A DNA stretch of 63,960 nt, the filler included, from Octopus bimaculoides (Eukaryota): assembly GCF_001194135.2 (NCBI RefSeq). It is 5 parts of 5 records of this genome, joined end to end, with 100 filler letters (N's around TTAATTAATTAA, not from the genome) between each part and the next. Parts side by side here need not be neighbours in the genome. Positions count along the whole stretch, not along the records: positions 1 to 26,674 come from NC_068984.1; positions 26,775 to 47,216 come from NC_068996.1; 3 more parts are not named here. The stretch is one strand, 5' to 3'. A program made the position numbers and the translations under genes. Numbering within the stretch: the first letter of the stretch is position 1; each line of letters begins with the position of its first letter. Below are positions 24,671 to 38,360 of this stretch, piece by piece. The notes under the pieces were generated by a model that saw nothing but the letters and a program-made list of their open reading frames with translations, did no database searches and had not been told where the DNA came from.

Positions 24671-26136
24671 TCATATGTGTGTATATATATATATAATAAA
24701 AATAAAAAAAACGAGGAAAAAATACAACAAAAAAGCAACGCCAGGTCGTGGTACATGCAAAGTATTAATAAGATGCTTAGAGAAGGAAAGAAAGAGTGGT
24801 TGTTTTACGTTTCGAGAAAAGCTCTTCTTCGGAAACAGGAGGCATTGGAAAGTTCAAAAGGAAAGGAGGTAGGAGGAAAAATGGAGGAAGAAGAATGTGC
24901 GTGTGTGTATGTAAGTGTGTGCATAATGTATCCGTATATATATATATATGTACATAAGAGCTTGCATATTGAGTTATTATGTATTATCAGTGATTAAATT
25001 TCTCAGAAGACCTAAGATCAAACGCCGATGTTCAGGAACTCTAATTGACTGTTTATCAGGCAGTTAATTATCCACAATCTCTATTCTGGCTTCTCGTTGT
25101 GTTCATGCAATATATATTTATCGCTGTTATTATTTTTCTTTATGTCACCACTTCTAAAGGAAACTTCTGTTCTTGTGACAGTCATGACAATACCGTCCTT
25201 ATCCTAAACACTGTGCGCCTATTACCACGACTGTAGTTTGAAATTTGACCAACTGCATAGAAGCTTCCTTGGGTAGACGTGTTTGCTCATCATTTGTGAA
25301 AATTGTTAGCATTCATGATAATTAGGTTTTTGACACGTTAGGTAGTTATATGATAGTTGGGGAAAATGACACTTATTTGGTCACAAAGACACTGTGTGCT
25401 TATGCTGTAGCTATTTCGTGCATCAGTGAAGTTCCCGGTGTCTCCTATTAAAAGATTGAATGTCATACAGCTAGTGTCAAGTTTGTTAAGCTCTGTGAAT
25501 GATTATAGATTTCATCTGACTAAGCACGAATCCAAATTTTAATGAACAAGCAGTATTGAGAACCTGGATTATAAATGAAATAGGAACATAAAAAAGGCTT
25601 TAAAATGGAAGGTGATTGCATTAAGCCATATATTACTTGTGTTTATTTCATCGACAATGACATTTGGAATCCAGCGACGATCACTTGCGTCATGTGAACT
25701 AATAATATACAGAGCAAAAATCAACTACTGTAAGGGATTTAATTGCATGATATACTATAATGCTACTTCTATCAATCTGTAGCCTTACAGCGTATGAAAT
25801 AATAGAAAAATACTTATAATTAGATACATGGGAGAGAACCTTTCTATCATCGCGTGGGAAAACATTATATTGATGGAATTCGTTGCGTCTTAATTCTGTT
25901 TTCAGAAGTCTAAAAATCAGCTTCGAAATTCCTTGCATAGCAGAAATGTAATTACTTTAATGATTTCCAACCGTAGTTGGCCTGAACAATTATTACGAAG
26001 CCATCAATGTCCCATAAGCATCAGCAAAAATAATTGAAATGAAGGGGCATCAACTCGGAAAATAGACGGATCGCTTTGTGGAGTTCAGCACCAGCCACAT
26101 CTTTAAATAATGCTTTTTTTCTGAGACCGGTGTGAT

Positions 26137-26167
<31 letters not shown>

Positions 26168-26201
26168 TATATATATATATATATATATGTGNNNNNNNNN
26201 N

Positions 26202-26256
<55 letters not shown>

Positions 26257-26674
26257 GTGTGTGTGAGTATTAATTTCCGACTAGACGATTTGAGAGTCGA
26301 TGCACACCATGAGACTGTTTACTGTATCAAATATATCAAATATATAGCTGATGTAAAATAGCTTCGCCCGAAAATTGAAAATGACGGGTAGTTTTAACGT
26401 CAAGGGGGAAATCGTCTACTTTCAGCGTCTAAAACGCATGTTGCCTATAAACACGTATAGCTATATAATACATACATACACACATATACACACATATACA
26501 CACACACGCACACTTACACTTGCACACGTACTCTCACGCATGCATATATATGTACACATGTATGCTATATATATATATACACACATACACGTATATATAC
26601 ATATATAATATTTAATATATATATATATGTATATGTATGTGTATGTGTATATATGTATATATATATATATATAT

Positions 26675-26774
26675 NNNNNNNNNNNNNNNNNNNNNNNNNN
26701 NNNNNNNNNNNNNNNNNNTTAATTAATTAANNNNNNNNNNNNNNNNNNNNNNNNNNNNNNNNNNNNNNNNNNNN
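26675..26774. other. 100-bp artificial scaffold join (44 N + TTAATTAATTAA + 44 N)
   Basis: Identical layout at 47217, 59855 and 62718; the linker has stops in all six frames. Confidence 0.9.
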
Positions 26775-27262
26775 CCCTGCTACCACCGTTCTTCCAGTCC
26801 TTCCAAGCCTGTTTCTTTTGTCTAATAGCCCTGTCAACCTCCTTGTTCCACCACCATGTTACTCTGGGTCAAGAGGGGACCTTACACCAGCCACAGATCT
26901 GGTCGGTGGCTTTCAACAGGTTGTCCCGCAGAAATCTCCAATTGTCTTCCACGTTGTATGATGCTATATCCCCTTCTATTTCGTCAAATGCTTCAAGTAA
27001 CTTGTCTCTAAGTCTCTGTCCATTTGCAGGGTCTTTAAGCTTCCACACCCTTCTCCTCCAAGCCGGTCTAATTCTGGACACCCATTTTGCCTTGATCCTG
27101 AAGTCGCTAAACTACTAATTTATGTTGTGGGGTACATTCTTTCGCCAGGGTAGGTTTTGGCATTTATAAGCCGCCCTCTTTCCCTATTTCTGGCAAGGAT
27201 GTAGTCGATTTGGCTAGAGTGTCTGCCAGAGCGGTAGGTGACTAGGTGACTGGCAGGTTTCC
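26775..27262 (-). pseudogene. RTE-type LINE fragment (end of AP endonuclease + linker)
   Basis: TYRSGRHSSQIDYIL...CTPQHKLVVSDF...WKLKDP...WWWNKEV. Confidence 0.85.
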
Positions 27263-27296
27263 TGAAGTTGGTATTGCAGACCGGTTTCCTGAAGTT

Positions 27297-27329
<33 letters not shown>

Positions 27330-27334
<5 letters not shown>

Positions 27335-27850
27335 ATCATCATCATTTAGTGTTTCCAAGCTAGCAGTTTGACTGGAACTAGTAAGCCAGAGATGTTTTTG
27401 CAGTTCCAGTCTGATTTTGGCATGGTTTCTATAGTTGGCTGCCCTTCCTAATGCCAACCACTTCACAGAGTGTGCCACATGCATTTCACATGTCACTGGC
27501 ATGGGTGCCTTTTACCTGTCATTGTCACATGTACCTTTTACATGTTACCACCATTTTCCATGACTACAATCTCACTTGGCTTGATGAGTCATCTCAAGTA
27601 CAGCATATCACCATATTCTCTTCCATATATTTGCAATAGAAAAGGTATGGGTGTGTTTGTGTGTGTGTGTGTGATCGTCATTATCATCATCACTTAACGT
27701 CTGCTTTCCATGCTGGCATGGGTTGGATAGTTTGACTGAGGACTGGCAAGCCAGGTGGCTGCACCAGGCTCTAGTCTGATCTGGCAAGGTTTCTACAGTT
27801 GGATGCCCTTCCTAATGCCAACCACTCTGAGTGTGTAGTTGGTGCTTTTT
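27330..27850 (-). mobile_element. Two RTE-type 3' tails
   Basis: (cat)n followed by ...ttccatgctggcatgggttgga...ggatgcccttcctaatgccaaccac, as at 41100 and 42790. Confidence 0.7.
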
Positions 27851-28059
27851 ATATTTCTATTTGCCTGTTAATTAATTATAGAGGTAAAACTATCTCTTAT
27901 TTACATATAGAATGCATTACCTATCATATATGACAGTTAGTATAAAGAAACCAAGGGATATAAATCCAATAAGATAAAAAATATCTCTTTGATAGATGGA
28001 CATGCTGAGAAAGATATGGACACACTGAGAGAGATATGGACACACAAAGAGAGAGTGAT

Positions 28060-28225
28060 GGACAGAGAGAGAGAGAGAAAGAGAGAGAAAGAGAGAGAAA
28101 GAGAGAAAGAGATAGAAAGAGAAAGAGAGAAAGAGAGAGAAAGAGAGAGAAAGAGAGAAAGAGAGAAAGAGAGACAAAGAGAGAAAGAGAGAGAAAGAGA
28201 GAGAAAGAGAGAGAAAGAGAGAGAT
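28060..28225. repeat. (GA/GAAA)n purine tract
   Basis: Direct reading. Confidence 0.95.
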
Positions 28226-28734
28226 GGACACTCTGTGAGATGGAGATACACTACCAATTATATTAATATATTATTTTTGTGATGCTAAAATTAAAGTTTC
28301 ATGTTGTCTATGCTCTATATATTAGTGGATATAACTTTTCATGGCTACATTATTTGTTGGACAACTAATGAATGCAAATATAAAGGTGCTTGCTAGTTCA
28401 TTAACTTGCAGTTTTAGTTATCAGGGAGTGAATTCACCATTCTCTAAGGAAGATTTAGCTGCTAATTCTAGCAAATCAAACATACCCCATAGGAGCTCCT
28501 GCAGTGGTTTGGGACTGTATGTTATGGAGGAGATAGTAGTGACCATTGTCGTTATCATGACTGTGGTAGTAGTGATAATCGTCGTGGTGGGACCACTGGT
28601 CATTGTGGTCATATGTAACGGTGGTTAAGGTCATGGTTGTCTCAGCGATGATGATGATCATCATCCTCATCATCATCATCATCACTGTCACCACTGGTAG
28701 TAATGGTTATGATTTGTTTTTCTATCTTCATTCT

Positions 28735-29068
28735 TTCTTTTATTTTTTAACTTGTTTCAGTCATTAGACTGCGGCCATGCTGGGGCACTGCCTTCAAGAA
28801 TTTTAGTCAAATAAATCGACCCCAATACTTTTTATTTTTCAAGCCTGATACTTATTCTATCAATCTCTTTAGCCAAAGTTACAGGGATATAAACACACCA
28901 ACACCAGTTGTCAAGCAGTGGTAGAGGCCAAACACACACACACACACACACACATACACATATACATATATATATACACAACAAGCTTCTTTGAGTTTCC
29001 ATCCACCAAATCCACTCACATGGTTTTGGTCAGCTCGGGGCTATAGTAGAAGACACTTGCCCAAGGTC
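28735..29068 (-). mobile_element. SINE family A
   Basis: Tail, internal (CA)n and core ending gacacttgcccaagg. Confidence 0.85.
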
Positions 29069-29469
29069 TATTTTGTTTTGTTGCTTCTTTTATTCCTCTC
29101 TTTCATTTGTTTCCAGTTTCGTCATCACCGTTGTTGCTAATATTCTTCTCATTGCTGTCCTTGTTTCAATTGTTACTGTTGTTGTCAGTTTTTGTCATTG
29201 TTGTTCTTACAGACTTTGTTGTTGCTGATGTTATTGTCAATATTGCTGCTGCTTGTGTTCACATTGTCATTGTAATTCAAAAGGTAATTACAAGTTTATT
29301 ATCAACTCATTAACCTATATCTGAAGCCAAACCATTATTCTGTGGATAATTACTTTAATAATAAACATTTACATTTCGATAATAACTGCTTTGCACAAGA
29401 AATAAAGACGCTTTATAACTAAGGCTACTACTATTCATAGCATTTTATTACCTACCACATATTATGGCC

Positions 29470-29780
29470 AGAGAGAGAAAGAGAGAGCGAAACAGACAGG
29501 TAGACAGACAGGAAGGCAGACAGGCAGGTAAGCAGGTAGGCAGGTAAGTAAGTAGGCAGACAGAGAGGTAGAGAAAGAGATAAATGAAGAGAAAGAGAGA
29601 CAGAGAGGATAAGAGAGACACAGAGAGGATAAGAGAGAGACAGACAGAGAAGAGAAAGAGACAGAAAAAGAGAGAGAGAGGAAGAGAGAAAGAGACAGGA
29701 AGAGAGAGAAAAAGAGCAGAGAAGAGAAAAAGAGGAAGAGAGAAATAGATAAGGAGAGAGAGAGACATAGAAAGAGATCA
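29470..29780. repeat. Degenerate GA/GACA/GGCA purine-rich tract
   Basis: Direct reading. Confidence 0.9.
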
Positions 29781-30485
29781 ACAGAGTCTCACTTCAGCCA
29801 CCTGACCATCTAGAATTAGCAGCCAAATCTTCCTGCAAATCTTCCCATCCAACTGTCTTGATGAAAAGTTAAAATAGTATTGAATAACGTAGCCCTTGAT
29901 ATTACAAATAAAAAGTGGATGTCATGGTTGGAATGTTTATTTGCATAGACCTGCTGGATCATGACTCAATTAACTACTAAAGTAATAGACGTACTTAGAT
30001 CAGGACTGGCCTGAGGTTAAACCACAACAACCGTCTTGTGTTATTTTATAAAATTCCTCTCAGGTTATCTATCCATCAATCTTATCTCCTGTTATATTAC
30101 CTAAGCTAAGCTCACCTGTGCTGTCCTACTTAAGACCTGGCTCCTACTATCTATGAATTCTCACCTCATTCACATCCCACCACCATCTTCCCAAAGAATT
30201 TACTCTAAATACAACCAGCTATGTGCTCCCACTACCCTAGATCTCAATATCTACTACTATTACCTTTCAGTACTAAAATCAAGAAAGGGGTGAACTCCTA
30301 TATGGCTACATGATCAGCTAGAAATAGCAACCAAATCCGTCTCCCATCACACTCTTTTTCTCTGTGATATGCAAACTTTGTTTTACTCGCAATACTTTTT
30401 GAGTCATATAAAAATGTTCTATACATTTTCTGCGTAAAGTAAAAATCAATGAATTAAAAAGAAAAAAACTATACATACCTACATA

Positions 30486-31377
30486 CGTAGGTGGTCTGAT
30501 AAATAAGTATTCAAACTGTTGCCATAGTAACGAAGCTAAAGCACACAGGATAAAGCCGCTTGACACAAATTGATCTTGTACTCTGCTGCTGTGCATGCAA
30601 ACTAAGTTTTAATGTTCTAGCTCACTTCTGCTGTTTACAGCAGTGCATCGAAGGAACGTGTATAGCGTGTGATCGTTGCATTCACCATGACAGAGAAAGT
30701 TGAACAGAGAAAGTTGAACAGAGAATCTGCATCAGATTTTGCCAAAAGCTTGGCGACACCTGCTCAGAGGCGCACGCATAATTTTCAAAAAAGTTTTCAT
30801 CGTTCTCGACACAGTCAAGGAGACCTTGTGCAAATGAAACCCGAGTGTCTTTTCGGTCAGCTGAAAGCAGTTTTGGCACAAACTTGGCAGACACGCGTCT
30901 CATATCCAAATTTTCAGTGATAATGGACTGAACTGAACCATAATTAATCTGCACATCCTCTAATAACTCACGGATGGTGATTCGACGATTTCCCCTCGCA
31001 GCTGCACACACATCTGCGATATTTTTCTCAGTTCTGCTGGTTGCGGGTGTCCAAGAATGTTCGTCAATGTTGACATTTTTTCGGCAATCTTGGAAACGTC
31101 TGAACCACTTGTACACATGTGTGCGGCTCATACACTCCTCTCCATACACTTTTTGCAACTTTGCGTAGGACAACTTTCGCTGTCATGCTCAATGCAACGA
31201 TCAAACGCTAAACACTTTCCTGCCAAGCACTACTGTAAACAGTGAAAGTAAGTAGAACGTTAAATCTTAGTTTGCATGCACAGCAGAGTTCAAGATCAAT
31301 TTTTGCCATGCGGCTTCACTCTGTGTGCTTTAACTTCGTTACTATAACATCAGTTCGAAAACTTAAGATTATTTTCG
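30486..31377. mobile_element. Mariner derivative built from two inward-facing 5' ends
   Basis: Plus: TIR + leader + MTEKVEQR-ICIRFCQKLGDTCSEAHA to about 30780. Minus: the same leader, then YAKLQKVYGEECMSRTHVYKWFRRF...AKFVPKLL...DENFF. TA at both ends; no DDD domain. Confidence 0.85.
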
Positions 31378-31388
31378 TAAAAAAAACC

Positions 31389-31487
31389 CACTCGTGTTTC
31401 AGTTGCACAAGGTCTTCTTGATTGTGTCGAGAATGATGAAAACTTTTTGAAAACTATGCGTGGGCCTCTGGGCAGGTATCGCCAAGC
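31389..31487 (+). mobile_element. Second, inverted copy of the mariner fusion junction
   Basis: Matches the reverse complement of about 30748-30845, including the gaaaa(c/t)tatgcgtg junction. Confidence 0.85.
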
Positions 31488-31489
31488 TC

Positions 31490-31750
31490 TCAGGCATCAG
31501 CTTTTGCCAAATTACCTGTACAAACGATTTGCTTATACAGATCAAACGTATGTGCTGTATGTTAACTCACTCCCTTCACCAAATTGGTGTTGCCTGAACA
31601 GGTTCACAAGTGTGCCACGTGCCAGGTGTTGAAGTGATCGCAGAGCAACATTAGACAAAGTGTTTTGCTGGAGAGCACAATGCACCACCCAGTCTACGAA
31701 CTGAAACCACGATCTTGTGATCACAAATGCAACATGCTAACCACTAGCCC
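31490..31750 (-). mobile_element. tRNA-type SINE family D
   Basis: Head ctagtggttagcatg...cacaagatcgtggtttc; body shared with 54458-54720. Confidence 0.75.
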
Positions 31751-32199
31751 ATATATATATATATATANNNNNNNNNNNNNNNNNNNNNNNNNNNNNNNNN
31801 NNNNNNNNNNNNNNNNNNNNNNNNNNNNNNNNNNNNNNNNNNNNNNNNNNNNNNNNNNNNNNNNNNNNNNNNNNNNNNNNNNNNNNNNNNNNNNNNNNNN
31901 NNNNNNNNNNNNNNNNNNNNNNNNNNNNNNNNNNNNNNNNNNNNNNNNNNNNNNNNNNNNNNNNNNNNNNNNNNNNNNNNNNNNNNNNNNNNNNNNNNNN
32001 NNNNNNNNNNNNNNNNNNNNNNNNNNNNNNNNNNNNNNNNNNNNNNNNNNNNNNNNNNNNNNNNNNNNNNNNNNNNNNNNNNNNNNNNNNNNNNNNNNNN
32101 NNNNNNNNNNNNNNNNNNNNNNNNNNNNNNNNNNNNNNNNNNNNNNNNNNNNNNNNNNNNNNNNNNNNNNNNNNNNNTATATATATATATATATATATT

Positions 32200-33540
32200 A
32201 TTGAAAAATTTGGAGTCAACAAGAAGGAGTACAGTTGGACATTTATTTTCAATCACTACAATTGTTTCTACGCAACAAAATTCTCCAGGCGTGCAGAGTG
32301 ATGCCAGGATGTACATACGGAAATACGGCAATGTTTCGTTCTTTATCACAATGACATGCAATCCAAACTGGCCTGAAATGCGGCAAAACCTATTCCTGAA
32401 TCAGAAACCACATGACAAGCCAGATTTAATTGCCCGAGTATTTGACTTGAAGCGAAAACTGTTCATAAAGTATCATACTGGAGTAGATGGCTTATTTGGC
32501 AAGTATATTGCTTATGTGATCACCGTTGAATATCAAAAGCGAGGTCTTCCCCGTGTACACTGTTTGCTATGGCTCAATGAAGCCTCCAAGCCCAGATCGC
32601 AGAAATACGATAAATTCGTTCAAGCCGAAATACCAGATCCAAACAAAAATCCAGAGGGTCATAAATTGAAGCACGTGATCCACGTCCCCATTGCTCTAAC
32701 AATTCGCCATGTTGGAAACATGGAACATGCAGCAAGCGGTACCCTAAGCCTGCCAATAAACATATATTGTGCAGAGAGGGCTCTTATCCAGTGTACAGAA
32801 GACGGTCTCCATGAATGGGAGGATTTGCTGGGCACCAAGAAGGCAGGGGAAGCTGAAATATAACGTCACAATGAGTGGTCCCCTACAATATGAAAGAAAT
32901 TGTTCTCCAAGCAGCAGCTATGGAAGAATGCATTGATTTCATCTACCCATCATTTGACAATCCAGGTGAAGTGTTTGCAAACAATTGCACCTTAGCACCT
33001 CTCAATCAAATGATGAGAAGCATCAATTCCAGCAGTATCAGACACTTCCCTGTAATCATAAAAGGGTACCGATCCTATAATTCTGTGAGTGATGATGCCA
33101 GTGCCGTTCATTTCCCGACTGAATTCCTTGATTCGGTTGAACTATCAGGAATGCGATCACATAAGCTGGAATTGAGAAAAGGATCGCCCATATTTCTAAT
33201 GAGAAACTTGAATCTTCCAAGGCTTTCTTATGGAACGCATATGGAAGAACTGCTTGACAATCTCATAGTAACGAGAATCAACACTGCCACTTTCAGAAAT
33301 GAAATCGTTATGATACCAAGAATAACAATTAATTTATCTGAAGGTGAGGATATCCCTTTGCAGCGAAGCCAATTCCCAGTTCAATCATAATTTGCTATGA
33401 CAATTCATAAAGCACAAGGACAAACTATGGACAATATCTTGCTTTATCTGGAACGACCTGAATTCCAACACGGTCGATTGTATGTCGCCCTTAGCCGCAG
33501 AAAACGAAAGGAGAATGTCAGAGTGTTTCTGAAGGATAAC
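32200..33540 (+). mobile_element. Internally deleted Helitron (Rep + PIF1 helicase remnants)
   Basis: FITMTCNPNWPE, EYQKRGLPRVH, AEIPDP; then VVPYN fused directly to the helicase C-terminus (PTEFL, LMRNL, QFPV, FAMTIHKAQGQT, LYVALSR); frameshifts and stops. Confidence 0.95.
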
Positions 33541-33699
33541 CAGTCAACTGCGAGATAATTTAGTATTAGTTTTCCTATTATAATGTTTAGTATTATTAGT
33601 CTGATTTAAAGTGATCTTCTGTTTTTTATCATTATCAATTTCTTGTTTACATGTATTTTGGTTACTAGTTATTTGTCTATTTTTAAGTATATTACAATT

Positions 33700-34500
33700 T
33701 ATTGTGGGATTATAAAGTTTACTAGTTTTATTTTTTGCTTGTAATTAGTTGTGTTATCGTTATTAATGCTGCTAAGCTGGCAGTATTCTATTTTATTTCT
33801 ATATCCAGTATTTTCTCCGGCTATATTGTAGTGGTTTGCATGTTTATTAGATATTTCTTCATTGGAAGATAAATAGATTAGTCTTTTACTAATATTATAG
33901 ACTAATGCATTTTTAATTGATTCAGGATGATTTTTCCGTAAGGTGCTATAGCTTAGATATGAATTAAGTTTTTTGAAGGGTTCATGTATTCTAGTTGATA
34001 AATTAAAGTTAACATCTAAAAAATTAATTGAATTATTATCCCTCTCAATAGTTATGGAAAGAACATGTCTTTTGAAAAACTTATAGAACCTTTTTTTAAG
34101 AAGTCCTAATCTCCTATAAGATGCATTTTTAATGATGAAAAGAGCATTGTCTCTATACAATCTACCCCTGATTTCAAGAAATTCATCATGTATATCAGAT
34201 AAAAGATGAATGCCAACAAGATCAGTCACTTGGACAGAGTCTGTGGCACCCATTATAATGTCAAAGCAATAGGGGTATCTTTCCTGGTCCAGAATTTGTT
34301 ATCAAAATTAATAATAGATTTATGGGTTGTTAATGTGATATTGATTTCATTCATGTTAAGGTTAGTGTATTTAAAGGTATATTTTTTTCTCCCTCTGAAG
34401 AGATTAAGCTCAGGAATATGATTTTAACACTCATTTAACTTCACTAAGTTTAATTGAAACAGCTGAAAGGGATAATGATCGATTTTTGCTTAATTTCTAT
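33700..34500 (-). pseudogene. PLE reverse transcriptase fragment
   Basis: MGATDSVQVTDLVGIHLL...LYRDN...ITIE...NFLDVNFNL...NHP...RL..LSSNE. Confidence 0.85.
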
Positions 34501-35287
34501 ATCTCTATTTTCGTATTCTTCATTTGCATGATTATAAACCGTGGTTTATGTATAAACCTATTATTTTATGGATATTTACCTCCCCACAAAATATCAGGTA
34601 TTGAACAAGTATTTCCTTGGATGATACAATCCCTTAATGAGGCCAACATAACCTCTATTTGAATTATATANNNNNNNNNNNNNNNNNNNNNNNNNNNNNN
34701 NNNNNNNNNNNNNNNNNNNNNNNNNNNNNNNNNNNNNNNNNNNNNNNNNNNNNNNNNNNNNNNNNNNNNNNNNNNNNNNNNNNNNNNNNNNNNNNNNNNN
34801 NNNNNNNNNNNNNNNNNNNNNNNNNNNNNNNNNNNNNNNNNNNNNNNNNNNNNNNNNNNNNNNNNNNNNNNNNNNNNNNNNNNNNNNNNNNNNNNNNNNN
34901 NNNNNNNNNNNNNNNNNNNNNNNNNNNNNNNNNNNNNNNNNNNNNNNNNNNNNNNNNNNNNNNNNNNNNNNNNNNNNNNNNNNNNNNNNNNNNNNNNNNN
35001 NNNNNNNNNNNNNNNNNNNNNNNNNNNNNNNNNNNNNNNNNNNNNNNNNNNNNNNNNNNNNNNNNNNNNNNNNNNNNNNNNNNNNNNNNNNNNNNNNNNN
35101 NNNNNNNNNNNNNNNNNNNNNNNNNNNNNNNNNNNNNNNNNNNNNNNNNNNNNNNNNNNNNNNNNNNNNNNNNNNNNNNNNNNNNNNNNNNNNNNNNNNN
35201 NNNNNNNNNNNNNNNNNNNNNNNNNNNNNNNNNNNNNNNNNNNNNNNNNNNNNNNNNNNNNNNNNNNNNNNNNNNNNNNNNNNNNNN

Positions 35288-36245
35288 TTTTTTATACTTT
35301 TATTTTTCAAAATTAAGATAAACAGAGGTCTTTTTAAATCTAAAATATACACTCCTTCATTTTCTATAATACTCTTCCATCTATCTGGTAGACTTGCAAG
35401 GTCCCTCTTCCAAAGTTCACTTGTCCGTGACGAAAAATACTCCTCCAGTACTGTTCTGACCTCGTCTATAGAATTCATATTTTTTCCGTCCAAATGATTT
35501 TGGAGGCTGCAAAATAAATGATAATCATATGGGGCAATGTCCAGCGAATACGGTGGTCGGGGCATCGTTTCCCATTGAAGCTGCTGCAGCCTTTGGAATG
35601 TCATCCTCGTTGTATGTGGTCGAGCATTATCCTGATGGAAGAACACCTTTCGTCTTGAAACCAAAGATGGCCGTTTTTCTTTTAGCTCTGACTTAATCCA
35701 CTCAAGCTGCTTGCAGTAGATCTCCTTTGTTAACGTTTGGTTTGAGTTTAAAAGTTCAAAGTGGAATAAACCTTTCATATCCCACGAAACAGAAAACAAC
35801 ACTCTACGTGGGTGAAGACCTTCTTTAGCCTGGGGCGCTGGTGTTTCTCCTTTCCAAACCCACTGCCTTCGGTGCTTGACATTTTGATAGAGATCTCATC
35901 TCTCATCACCAGTCACTATTCGGTCCAAAAAAGGTTCATTCGTGAAGCATGACAGCAAAGAGGAGCACACATTCACTCTGCGTGCGATTAGACTCAGTAA
36001 GTTTGTGACGAACACATTGACCCAATTTTCTAACTTTTCCGACGGCGCGCAGATCTCGATGAATGGTTGAATAACCAAATCCAAGCTTCTCTGCTCGTTC
36101 CTCAACAATTACGATGGGATTTTGCAGGACATCCTCATCGAGCTCTGCCGATCTTCCAGGACGACGCTCGTCTTCTAGGCTGTAGTTTCTGGCTCGGAAT
36201 TTCTGGAACTACCGTTCGATACTGGCTTACGCCTACTGTCCAATC
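35288..36245 (-). mobile_element. Mariner transposase pseudogene (DD34D type), N-terminus truncated
   Basis: WFQKF, RIVTGDE, FHQDNARPH, PYSLDIAPYDYHLF, LPDRWKSIIENEG. Confidence 0.95.
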
Positions 36246-36249
36246 CCCA

Positions 36250-36452
36250 TATGTGATCTGATCAATAAATATCAGAACTGTTGCCATAGTAGCGAAGCTA
36301 AAGCACGCAGAGTGAATCCGTTTGGCAGAGATTGACCTTGAACTCTGCTGTGCATTGCAACGAAGTTTTAACGTTCTAGCTCGCTTCTGCTGTTTACAGC
36401 AGTGCTTGGAAGGAAGGTGTATAACGTGTAATCGTCGCATTGACCATGACAG
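36250..36452 (+). mobile_element. Isolated mariner 5' end (family of 30486)
   Basis: Same leader (ctgttgccatagta.cgaagctaaagcac...) ending just after atgacag. Confidence 0.85.
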
Positions 36453-36469
36453 GAGGAAAGAAAGTATAT

Positions 36470-37975
36470 ATACGACGCAGTACTATTACTATTACACAAG
36501 ACTCAGCGCTCCATATCAAAGGCCCACAGTGAACTGCTACCAACACGAACTGCCAATCGTTCACAGTTCTTTATTTTATAACAGTGAGTCAATCCACCTT
36601 TTAGTCACTTGAGGGGTGGTCGGAATCCTTCCACAACATCTCCCCTTTTCAGAATCTCCCTTTTGAGAATTGAACTCTACTCTGAGTTTTAATATCTCTT
36701 ACTTTTAGGGTTCGATTCCAGTGTTTCCGTTCTTTTCCGTTTTCTAATGCTAGAAGATGCAGTTTCAAATAGTTTGGGCGTTGGTCCCTCATCGTACCGT
36801 ACAATACTTCCATAGGGATTTCATTTCTCATGACTGTTTTTTTTTTTTTCGTGAATGTTTTCTTAAGCTGATTAATATGTCTTTTGTATTTGACACTTTT
36901 TCTTTTTACCAGGGATATCATTCTTCTCATTTGCTTAATTTTTTTTTTTAAATTTGTCACTTAACTTATAGAATTTTGAAGTATTTTTGTTGTTCGCCTT
37001 CTTTTATTTTCACTCGGTATCAGCTTATCAAAGACGGATCTGACCTTTCTAGCAAACATCAATTCTGCCGGTGACATTCCTGACAGTGTATTCGGGTTAA
37101 GTGTTACTCGGTACATTCTTAGAAATTGTTTGGAGTGCAAAATCGTCCATCACTTTATTGCTCACCTTTTTCAACGCCCTCTTGAAAGTGTCAGTAAAAC
37201 ACTCTGTTTATCCATTTGACCTAAAATGATAGGGATGAGTGATGACGTGTTCGATAACGAACATTTTGCAAAATTTTCTGAACCTATCTGAAGTAAATTG
37301 GGTTCCATTATCCAACACAATGGTATCTGGAATACTATACCTGGCGAACAATTCGTGTAAAAAGCTTATTGTAACTGCAGATGTCGGCTTTTTTTACATT
37401 TATGCACTTTCAGCCACAACAAAGTAATATGAACCCTTATGTGGACCTGCATAATCGATATGCAGTCTGGCCCATGGAACATGTTTTTGGCTACGGCGGC
37501 CATTTAGTGATAGGTTATTTTGCAGCTAAGAACACTCTCTGCATGATTTCACAGATTCTTCAATGTCACTGTCCATTGTTGGCTAATATATGTAACTTCT
37601 CATTAATGATTTCATTCTCAAAATCCCCGAGTGACTCATATAAAATTCCTTTAATAATCGCTTTTGTAGTGTGGTTGGCACTACGACCCATTGTGCATAC
37701 ATCAACACATTGTCACACAAAGAGAAATGGTCTGTATTTGTGTTGTGCATATTTTCATCTCTTTTAGCTGTCAGTATTTCTTTCATTTTCATAATAAATT
37801 TATCGTTTTCTAATTTCAATTTTATGTCTTGTAAAGTAACTGGCAGTTCACAAATGATGTTACACAAAACATTTTTGATTTTATTTTCCGCTCGCAAAGC
37901 GGCAATCACAGTATCTGTAAATATATCTAATTTAAACCAAAGAAACTACAATTTCTTGTTTATTCAATAATTGAA
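36470..37975 (-). mobile_element. Ty3/Gypsy LTR retrotransposon 3' part (integrase, PPT, truncated 3' LTR)
   Basis: RMKSLMRSYIY, RLHIDYAGP, IVLDNGTQFTS; PPT aaaaggggaga (36639-36649) abutting TGTTG at 36638. Confidence 0.9.
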
Positions 37976-38360
37976 ACATAGTTACCAACATTATTGTTAC
38001 AAGTTTAGAGAATATATTTTCTTATATTTTACTATAGGTGCAATATTTTTTAGATGCTTGTCAGACTACCACAGTTCACTATTTAGGAATTATCTCTGCT
38101 CATATTAAAAAGAAAATGTTAATAGATAAAGTAACCCAAGATACATTATGCCTAAAAATATAAAAGATAGGACTATCATAATAAATTATCTGATTAAATG
38201 TTTACGGGATCTGGATGAATTTGTGACTAAACAATTTTAACTAACAATCTATACTAGAGATGATGGCCAAATTTGGGTTTTTGAGCCTTAAGTTATACTT
38301 GTTTCACCAAGGCCACTGACTTTATTGAATATGTGATATTAATAGTAGCAAAAGTTTCTA

